DNA from: the human T2T-CHM13v2.0 reference genome, Homo sapiens
Strand: one strand, 5' to 3'
DNA length: 64,000 bases
Assembly (NCBI RefSeq): GCF_009914755.1
Contig: NC_060944.1
This document shows positions 53,244 through 64,000 of this stretch, one piece after another. The notes below the pieces were generated by a model, which did no database searches, was not told where the DNA came from, and was given only the letters and a program-made list of their open reading frames with translations. The number at the start of each line of letters is the position of its first letter. Within the stretch, counting starts at the first letter, position 1. The translations under genes and the position numbers were made by a program.

Positions 53244-56200
53244 ATTGAGAATGCATGATTGTTTATTGCTTACAATTATTCTGGCAGTCAGTATTCATGA
53301 AATAAACATTAGCTAACAGACTTCTTTGTTGTCCATCAAGTACAAGGTCTGCTTGGGTAGAGATCTGGGTTTTGCTTATTGCCTTCCTCCTGGCATCCAC
53401 CTAGCTCATATAAGGTACTCAATAAATATTTGTTGAGCAAATGGGCGCAGCAGGTGAGCATGAAGTGGGAAGGACCTCCACCAAGAGCGACACCCACCCT
53501 GCAGACACCCTGTGTCCTCCTTCCCCTGAGGGGCTAGGCTGCTGTCACCTTGCATCACGCTGGCATGAAGATGTGCTGCTGCTCTGAGAAGCAAATGGGA
53601 AGGACCCCCTCTGAGAAACCAGCCTACAGAAACGTTTCATTTTCTTCTGCCAATAAGGGAAGTAAACCCAGGTAATTGTCTTGATATGTGAAGGCCTCTG
53701 ACAGACACAAAGCATTTCCTCAGGCTCAGTCACTTCTCTCCAAGCACCGGTGCTGATGGGGGCTGGGGAAGGCCAACTCCATGGTCTAGATCCAAAACTT
53801 GAAAGGACATTCCTATGCTGTCTCTAGAATTTGATATTTTCTTCAGCATGCTGTGTCAGGAACATATTCGTAGTAAGAGAAGAAAGGATCAGCCTTAGGG
53901 AAGGGAAGCCTGGCGAGGCTGACCCCTTCTCACGCAGGAGGAGCGTGGAAGGCCACGCAAAGCATGGATGGCCAGCTCGCATCTCATGGACCCAGGCCTG
54001 GGGAACAGACTCCTTCCCTCCTGGCAGCCTCCTCTGGCCCTGACATTACTGTAGCCACTGACTGTCATTCAATGGTGGTAAGATTTGCTCACTCTGCTGA
54101 GAGAACAGAAGACCAGGAAGTCAGCTAGCAGGGCTCATAAACCAAGTATGAAATTTCTCACGTCATTATTTGATGTCGTGACCATGACATTTAGCAAAGA
54201 GAAGCTGCCGTGAAAACATAAAGTGGCAGCCGCACTTGAACATGAATGGTCCCCTGGGCCAAGGCGGGCCCAGGCACAGCGAGGGCCCCCAGGAGACATG
54301 AGCTGAGTTGCTAGTAGTGATGCCAGCTCAGCCAGTAACAAGATCACTAAAGCTATGTGTGTTCTAAATTCCTTATGGAAAGTGAAAGTCTCTTCCCTGA
54401 GGTTTTGCTAGACTCTGTGGAAAGCGCTGAACCTGCAAGTTTATCACTCAGGAGTCTCACGGGAGGCCAAACAATGACTGATCAGAGAGCAGGGTTCCCA
54501 ACACAGCCCCCCACACCACTGGGGCCTGAACTGTCTCATCTGTGAAATGGCCTAATAATAGGACCCACTACCAAGGTGGTCGTGGAGACCAAATATGAAG
54601 TTGCAGGCACCTTTGAAGGTGACCTGTAAACAGTGGCCATAATGACTGCAGAAAATACAAGACATGGGAAAAAGAGAATTATTGAACACTGATGGACCTT
54701 TAAGAAAGGTGGGCACCTCAGGCACCTCCTTCTCAGGAGGGCAGGTGCAAAATGCTGGTTTGCCTTATGGAAGCTGCAGTCTCCGTGTCGCCGGCTCAGG
54801 GCACATGCACCTCAGCTGTGTGAATGCCTTGCAGGAAGCCCTCACCTGCACAGCCTGCCTGCTCCATGCCCCCAAGGCAGGTGCTGAGGGCGGGAGTAGA
54901 TCTGAGAAGGATGCAGAGCCTCCTACAGTTGGGGTTGCTGCCAGTCTGGGGGTTCCAGGCACTCAGCCCGAGGCCTGTGCTTCCAAAAGGCCAGAGGGAA
55001 GGCAGTTCCACCCCACATGCTCTGCACAGCCTACCACCATCTGCCATGTCGTCCTGTCACTGCCCCCCTGCTGGCTACCCAAGCTTCTCCAGCCATGATT
55101 GCCTGCCACTGCCAGCACAGGAAACCTCCTCTCCAGGCCCATGGCCTCCTACCTCCTCTGCATCCAGGGGGTATTCCCTCCCCTGCCCCTCCTCCCACTT
55201 GTCCTCACCCCACCCTCAGTTCACAGCCCCATCCCATGGAACAAGGACAGAACAGCTATCAAGCAAGTATCCTGTACCCAGGGCTGCTCCCACAGAGCAG
55301 GTTCCCATGGAGAACCCACTTAACCCTCACAACAGCCCATAGGTTCTGAGCTCCCCTTCCCTTCTTCACTTTCCTGATGAGGAAATTGAGGCATAGAGAA
55401 GTTGGGCCACTTTCTCAAGGCTATTCAGCTGAAGGAGTCAGGGCAGGATTCAAACCCAGGCCCAGCTCCAGGGGCCTTGCTGTCAGCCAGCTCCTCAGTA
55501 TCAGAACCACTCCTATTGCAAAGGCTCCCAAACTTCAAAAGATTTGCCATCTGCCAATGCTATAATTATTCATGTAACATTTTTCTTGAGTTAGTTCATT
55601 TTTTTAATATAAATTTATTCTAAGAATGAACCTGAGGCTGATTCTCATTCAAAAGGGAAAGTTAGCAAGAGAAGTGCCCAAAGTCCCCACACGCATGGGG
55701 GTTCAATTGAGCCTTTCTTCTTGTCCCCAGAATGGAGGACAGGGCCGAGGGTGGGTGTGGAATGGCGTTTTCCTTCATCATTCAGTGTTTGGCTCCTCAT
55801 TCAGGGCCACCTGCCCAGGGCATGCCTCCCCAGGCACAGGCAGGTCAAATCCCACATCCTTAGTTTTTCTTTTCTCCTCTAACCAGAGCCCAGGATGCAG
55901 TCAGCTTCTAAGAAAGCCTTGTAGGACTAAAGTACCAGGCCAGACTCCAGAGAAGCTCTGTCCTCATTCCTGTTAACGCCTGGTTTTCCCTTCGACCTCA
56001 GCACTTGGCCTTTGGCCCAAGTCTTGTCTCTGGAAAGGAAGTTCTTTCCCTTCCAGACACAAAGCCCAGCTCACATGACTGCGGGAACCAGGTGTCAATG
56101 CCTGAAGAACTCTGGAAGCTCCTGCAGGCTGGCAGCCCAGGACAAGAGCACACTGGGGGACTGGAGTCCTGGAAGCCAGCCCCGAGAACAGCTGGTGCCC

Positions 56201-57136
56201 TGGCAGAACATTCGCCCCTGGCTGGACAGACTTGTTTACCTCCTGGGAGAAAGCCACAGAAGTGAGTCCTTTCCCTTGTGGAATTTGGAAAGGGGTGTAG
56301 GTTTTAACATTCTGTAAACATTCACTTTCCCCTGTGGTTAAAAAAAAAACCACAGGAGATTTTTCAGGTCCCACTCCAAGTTTGCACACCCCACATGCCC
56401 TCTGTTCCGTCTCTCTGAATGGCTCTACCAGAGCCCATTCGGCTGCCACAGACACAGCACAACACAGGGCAGCCAACTTCACACAGAACGCTCCAGAGCC
56501 TGGACGCAGGTTGGGGGTCCTTCTATTTATCAGGCTTTCCTGGGAGTCCACACAACATTCCAGATTAACACCTGGAGGAGAGTAAGCCCTGGAGGGGAAG
56601 TTCACAGACACAGCCACACAGGTGGAAATCCAGAGAGCACAGCCACTTGGCATACCTGCCTCGGGCCCAGCGACTTTCCTTGCCTCTTGGCAGCAGCCTA
56701 GAGAAGCATCAAACTCCTCCAAAGAACAGGAGGCTCCTGCTCCCCAGTGCTGTGCTGGATAACAGCCAGTTTCTCTGCAAAAGAAGCCTTGACTTATAAC
56801 ATTTGCCAGTGATCATGGTGCAAATATTTCCACCGCTGATTCTCGGCTCCTGATAGGACTGACTGCACAAGGAAGATATGCACACACAACTGCTCCACGG
56901 AGCCCGTTTGACACTAGCCCCAGCCTGGGAGCCTGCAGCCCCAATACCCAAACCACCCAGCCCCAGGGGCAGCCTCCTCCTCTATCTTTGCAGCCACACC
57001 CCAGAAGCTGCCCAGATGCCCCACCCCAGGCCACCCTTAAAGTTCACTTGAACTAATTTTCCCCTTTATAAAACAATAATTGTTAATAATTTATGATTTC
57101 ATTCCTTTTATTGAATAATTATTCATTTAAGGATAA

Positions 57137-57457
<321 letters not shown>

Positions 57458-59191
57458 AAAAACCTGTTAATTTGGAAGGAAGGTGAGAAGCAAAAGCATG
57501 CAGCTTTTTCAGTCCACCCCGTGTGACCTCCAGGCCACACTCCCTCTGACCCTGGGTTTAAGATGGCATGGAGGGTCTGCATAAGCTCACGGCTGGGCTT
57601 CCACAGATGGCACCGTACTCCCGGGCATAAGGCCACGGGCTGAGAGCACGCCCACAGACTCTCCATGGCAGCCCTTGTCCCCAGGCCACCGCACGTGGCC
57701 TTGCAGCTCATCCCTGTTCAAAGGCACTACCCCAGGGATGCTGGAATCTGCACCAGGCAGAATACCCCTTTGGGAGGGGAGCCCTTCCACAAAAGTGGCC
57801 CCATTCACACTGGGAAAACATGCCAGAAACCATACAAAATGTTAGCCTGGAAAACTGTCCCACAATTTAGTTGTGAAGTCCAAAAAACTAATGGGTTTCT
57901 AATGTGAAGATAGAAGACTGTTCTTGTTGAAAACGGGCTGGCCTACTGGGAATCCACATGAGATGGGCCACCGTGGGTGGAATAAATACATCAGGGTGAA
58001 GACCAGAGCCTGTTAGTTACAGCAGATTTTGAACAGCTGTGGTGGCCAAAGGCCTTTGCACACTGGAGTGACTTTGAGGGTTTGGTCACCTGCATGAGGA
58101 GGAAGGACGCCAGACTCCATTCGAGTGGCCTGGGATCCAAGAAGGTACAGGTGGGATCCTCCTGCCCTAACAGTGGGTTGTGGAGCCCAGGTGTCAGCCC
58201 AGTCAGGTTCCACAACCCACCCGCTGGCCTAGAATTGCCTGTGGTCGCCCCAGAGAATTCTCAGAAAGGTCCTGTCCCCAACAAAGAGGTCTCTGTGGAC
58301 ATAAACTCCCTCAGTGTGGGTCACTGTGCTGCAGTCTGAAGATGGGGCCTCTCTAAACTACGACGTGCCAGGACCTCGGCACCCAGGAGAACGCAAGGGA
58401 GCACAGGCAGCGTGCGTAGGAAGACCCCAAATATTCCAGTGGCAGCAGCCGCAGCCTGGGGCTGGAGGAAAGGTGGATGCTGCTTCAAAAACAGCCCACC
58501 CCGAGTAACATGGGATCCTATCAGATTCTGGCTGTAGCGTGCAGATTCCAGACCAAGGGTCCCAGCCCAAGTCTCAGAGGCTGCCCGGGCACCCTCCTCT
58601 CAGGTGGGGCAGCTAGGCCGGGACTCCACGCCTCACCCCACCATGGGAGCCCCACAGACCACACCGAGTTTGCCTTCCACGACAGCCGCTGTGTCACACA
58701 CGGGTCAACGAGGCTGTTCCCCCACAGCCTCCCGTGAGTTAGGATCCTCCCCCAGCTGCCCTGATGTTTTAATAAGGGAGTGTGCTCACTAGGGTAATTA
58801 ACTTGGGAGGTGAGCAGAAGAGCAAGGGGCAAGGGTCACCCACTAGGGACATGGGGAGGGGGCACACTTTAGCTGATGTACGTGTCCTCCCAGGCAAAGT
58901 CCCGCTGAGTACCGTCACCCCTGAAATCACCACCCACCCACTCTCGGCCCCAGCAGCCATGGGGCCACCCATGTCCTGCCCTTCTTCAAATCTGAAACCC
59001 TTTGCTGGCCTTCCTTCACCTGGCCCTGACCTGCAGCTGAAACGGACCCTCATCCTCCAGACACCCCTCTGGTTTTCATCCCACATGCCCCTCTCCACGC
59101 CCAGCAGCCCAGTGGAGGAGAAGTGTGACTGCATTTTGCAAATGAGAAAACCAAGGGTGGGAGAGGTGGAGTGACAGGCTCTAGGTCCACA

Positions 59192-59333
59192 GCCAGGGTC
59201 AGGCTGGGCAGAGCACAGCCTCCTGCCTCCACCAGGTCCTGGGCCCTGGCCCCTCCCCCTGCCAGGGACAGGGCAGGCAGGGCACAGCCTCCCGCCTCCA
59301 CCACTTCCCAGACCCTGGCTCCTCCCCGTGCCA
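59192..59333. repeat. Diverged 69-bp tandem dimer
   Basis: Units start at 59192 and 59261 and share gccaggg...gcacagcctcc(t/c)gcctccacca...ccctggc(c/t)cctcccc. Confidence 0.85.
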
Positions 59334-60532
59334 TGTCCTCACCAGTCCCCCACTCCTGCCTTCGCCACACTTCCCCTTCCTCTGCCTCTCAAAACTCAAC
59401 CCTCCACAAAGCCTTCTCCACCTAAGTGTCTGTGACAGGACTTCCTGCTTCCTGCTCCCCCCAAGGGACCAGCCACTTCTGTGACCTCCCTAAATGGCTG
59501 TGTTCGAAGACATCCAGGGCTGACAACAGAAACAAGCCTCTCAGAGAGGTGGCCCCAGGCTCAGTCCCCACCCCACCACAGCTGGAGTGTGTGGCAGCTC
59601 CCTCTGCCTAGGGTGAACGGCCAGGCCCTGTCATGCACAGCCCTGCAGGCCTCCGCATCAGGTGCCAGGCCTCACAGATTCGCAGTAAAGCCCCATGCCC
59701 AGCCCAGCACAGCACACCCAGGGAGAAAACCTCCCTCAGCTTCCTGGGACTCTGAGGTAGGTGGGGTTGGGGGAGGCCTGACATCCCCTCTGCTTCTCTG
59801 GTCAGGGGTTTCTCACTGTGCACGACCCCACCCAATAAAAAGGCCAGGAAGGAACAGCCACAGAAATCACCCCCACCAGCAGGAGTTTCCACGGGGGAAC
59901 AGCTCCCAGAGTGGCACACGATGCCTGTGCTTCCTCACAGACTCGGGGCCCAGCTCTGCTCCTCCGTGCTTCATGCACGCCTGCCAGGGCTGGAATACTG
60001 GGGCCATTGAATCCCTCCTTTTACAGATGAGGACACCAAAGCCCAGAGGGATGGGTCCAAGGCCATAGGACAAGCCGGAGCTAAAACTTGGTCCTCTGGC
60101 TTAAGATGCTCTCATTTAAGTTCAAGTTTAAGTTCACACCCCCCTACAGAGACCCTCAGAGAAGAGGTTCACTGATTTGGAGGCTCTGCAGGCACCCCCA
60201 GCCTGGCACCCACAGTCCACTCTCTCCTCTGTGTGGGGGCATACCCTGCTGGCTGAGAAGATCTGGACCTGCACAGGGCCTCAGGCTGCTTCCTGCACCT
60301 GGAGTCCAACCCTAGCCTGGGAATTCCTGGCCCAGACCCCAGGCTCCAGGCTCCAGGCAGGGAGAAACACACCAGCTAGGCAGCAGCCATCTCAAAGCCT
60401 CATTCATCTACCTGGGCCACCGCTTTTCCGAAAGAGAGGAACTTGCATTTCTCCACATGGCCACCCCCCAGGGTCTCTAGAACCTGCCCATGTGAACTAC
60501 AGTGTGAAGGACAGTCTTCTAAAACAGGCACC

Positions 60533-60825
<293 letters not shown>

Positions 60826-62064
60826 AAAATGGGCACCTGCTGGAGAAGTGCAGGTAAACAGCCAGAAAGAGCCACTGCCGTCCCAGAGTGCTGCCTGGCC
60901 CCACAGCCTTGGGGCCACTAGGCCTACAGCCTCTGGCAGGCACTGTCCTGCTCTGGGCTTTCAGCCTGCTGGCTCACCAGGGGAGAAGGGCTGCCTCAGC
61001 TGGCTCCGGGCAGAGGAAGGCTGGAAATGGAGCTGGGACCCTGGAGTCGGGTGGCAGACTGCCCTGGGAGATGGGTGCACACGTCCCAGGCTGAGCCCTT
61101 CACCTCCCAGTGGGAATTGAGGACTGCATTTGTGAAGGAGGAAGCGGGGCAAAACCGCGGCAGGGGAGGGGGTCCTCCTCTCCAAGCCCTGCAGCCAGCC
61201 AGCACGAGGTCCAACCTCGCTGCCCAGTTACAATGCTGAAAACAGCTCTAGAATCCAGTGAGTACTCAATAAATAGCAGCTACATCATTATCACGGCTAT
61301 TCTTACTTGCTAGTGCGTTCGGGCTGTCATCTCCCTGTGCCTACTTTACAGTCATCTCCATTGTGATAATTACCCTGGGTGTACAGATGGGAAAGTCACA
61401 CCCGGGGAGATTAGGGAGCTGCACAAGGTCACAGGCCAGCAGCAGGATGGTACTGAACTAGAACTAGAACGGGCCTCTTTCTGCTGACCCTGCACCCCAG
61501 AGGACCTGGGGAAGCAGGGATTGCAAATCCTCCACTTGCAGGGTAAAGGCCATGGGCACCCGTCCCAGGGCTGCATCTGCCTGTGCTGACCCAGCGTCAC
61601 CTGTGCCTAAGGTCACGGTGGGGACCAGAGTCGGGAGGTTTCCCTTGCCAGGTCACCTGGGATTGTAACACACAGACTTCCTCACACCCTGCAAGCTTCC
61701 TGCATCGGCACCAGCGTCCCAACCTCTACCAGCCCCACGGGGTTTCTTTAAAGGGCCCAGGCTGCTAGTCTGGACATTGATCTTCCAGCTGAGGAGGCCT
61801 GCAACCATCCTAGGCACCTCGAGTGCTGTGGCACGAGGCCCATGGGCAGAAAAGCACTGTGTTCAGTGGCAGTGATGTGTCTGTCAGGAGGACAACCAGT
61901 GCCAATGTCTAGGGGCTTTCCTCAGAGAAAGGAAGAAGAAAACCTCACATCAGAAACCTAGCCTGACCAGGACAATGAGGAACTCACATCCCTCAAATAC
62001 TAGCTGCAATTACAGGTAACACTTTTCACTCAAACAGTAAATAGAAATGGTCACCTGGTACTAA

Positions 62065-62438
<374 letters not shown>

Positions 62439-64000
62439 TAGAGACAGAGTAATAAGTACTTTGCCAGGGCCATTTCAGTGTCATGGACCTGAAGCTGTCC
62501 TTAGCTTCCACAGGCTGGCTGTGGTCCTGAGAATTCTCACATGGTTTATGTTTAACCACACGTCTCCACAGGGCTCCAGCCCCGCTCACAGACCGAACCG
62601 CTACTTAGCACACACTCAGTGCTCCCACGGGCAGCGTCCAGCCGAGGGGGCGTGGCACACAACCTGCCTGCCCCAGGGTCCAGGCACACCTGAGAGACTG
62701 ATGGAGAGAAACTGGCCCTTCGGGGAGTGCCATGGCTGGGCCCTCCCTGCCGGACCTCCAGGTGTCCAGTTAGCTCCTTAGCCCCCGACCCCCAACAGAG
62801 GGTTTTCATCTTTTACTGAAGAACTACTCCAGGGGCAGCAGCCTCAAGTTCCTTCTCAGAAGGGGCTTTGTTCGCAGGCAAATGGAGCTGGGCCCACCGT
62901 GGCGAGGGGCAGCTGCAGCAGCTTGGGTCTTCAGAGCCAAGCACACTCCAGTGTGCAGGGGCCACCTGGGGGGCCGCTCAGTTGTCCAGTGGGGCCCGAG
63001 GATCCAGGGCAGAAGAATGCTGCTGGCCTATGGGCCACACGGCATCTGCAACCAGGGACTAGAGATAAGAAATGCGTGCTGTATAGGCTGTGAGTCTGGC
63101 TGGTGGGGGAGACGGGTCAGCAAAGGAGCCCTGGCCGAGGCTGGTGGAGCTGTGATGGGCCTGAGGGCTCCTGGGGGCCGAGGGGAGGAACGAGCAGGAC
63201 AGGGCCCACTGGGAGCCGCAGCAGATCCACTAGCATCACTCGTCTGCCTCCAAAAGTCAGCATGAGCACGGTTTTAGCAGGTTTGGTGAATTTGGTCTGT
63301 GATAAAATTGGAGTTCAAGAAACAAACAGGAAACTACAAGTGCCCCTTCGCCCCCAGGTCACCCGAGTGGCAGGGCAGTGACCGCTGCTCTCAGGCTGCC
63401 CAGTGTGGACCTGCCTGTCGGAATGCTCCTCCTCCACGTCCCCTCGCTCCTGTGTCCCAGCCACATGCACCTTCCCTCTACCTCTGGGATCCCTGCACCA
63501 GGTCTGCCCCTGTCTTCTCAGGGCTGCTCCTCTTGGCCCACAGGACCTCAGCTGGAATGTTGCCTCCTCCAAGAGGCCTTCCTGACTATTAGCTCACAGT
63601 GGCCACCCAGCCACACTCTGCCATGTGCTTGGGGATTGTCTGTTACTGCAACATACTGCAGCCCATACTGACACGAAGGCACCCAGTGAAGACTTGCTAA
63701 GTAATTGGACAAGAAGACCCTGGAGCTGCCCCCAGGAGAGTAATCACGCTCGATGATTGTGTGTGATGGGGACTTAGGAACTCACAGTTTAGGGGCACAG
63801 TGGGCCTGAGGCATCTCTGTAAGGGTAAGGTGAGCTTCAGGCAAACGGGGTTTGCATGGAGAACCAAGGTGCTGCACCAACACAGCAGCCCCTACAGGAA
63901 GCAGCTTGGGGAAGGCCAGTGCAGACCGCCCAAAGCACACAGCATCTGAAGCATGCTTGGCACATAGAATCTGCTTAAGGAATCAGAGACTAAAAAGATC

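Noticed and set aside
55973-56722. Longest ORF in the track (249 aa, minus)
   Set aside because: Starts at a non-ATG codon, has no recognisable domain, and lies in GC-rich intron where long stop-free frames arise by chance.

Overview
Primate, almost certainly human, genomic DNA from the APMAP-ACSS1 locus (chromosome 20p11 from recall). Both genes lie on the minus strand. The window holds APMAP coding exons 1-2 with its CpG-island promoter (about 8.2-9.4 kb), a repeat-rich intergenic interval of about 13.5 kb, and ACSS1 (mitochondrial acetyl-CoA synthetase) exons 3-14 with its 3' UTR and most of the long intron 2. Canonical ACSS1 exons 1-2 lie beyond the right edge. All 12 ACSS1 exons were mapped by GT-AG boundaries and join in one frame to the stop codon. 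The rest is mostly Alu, L1, L2/MIR, CR1, MaLR/ERV LTR and hAT/Tigger relics; almost all ORFs in the supplied track are spurious or repeat-derived. I cannot support a wholly new biological system here. The best leads are: (1) a ~375-bp inverted duplication of a MER20/MaLR/MIR composite bracketing a 4.9-kb segment, whose inner 76 bp are identical while the outer arms are 12-18% diverged, and where only one copy keeps a consensus CTCF motif; (2) an internal ACSS1 first exon with a GC-AG donor that replaces the mitochondrial-targeting N-terminus with a basic MRRRKER peptide; (3) a perfect 16-bp palindrome that makes the ACSS1 poly(A) signal bidirectional; (4) predictable frame outcomes for ACSS1-APMAP read-through. 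Repeat subfamily names and boundaries were assigned by eye and are approximate. Reference-protein comparisons are from memory.
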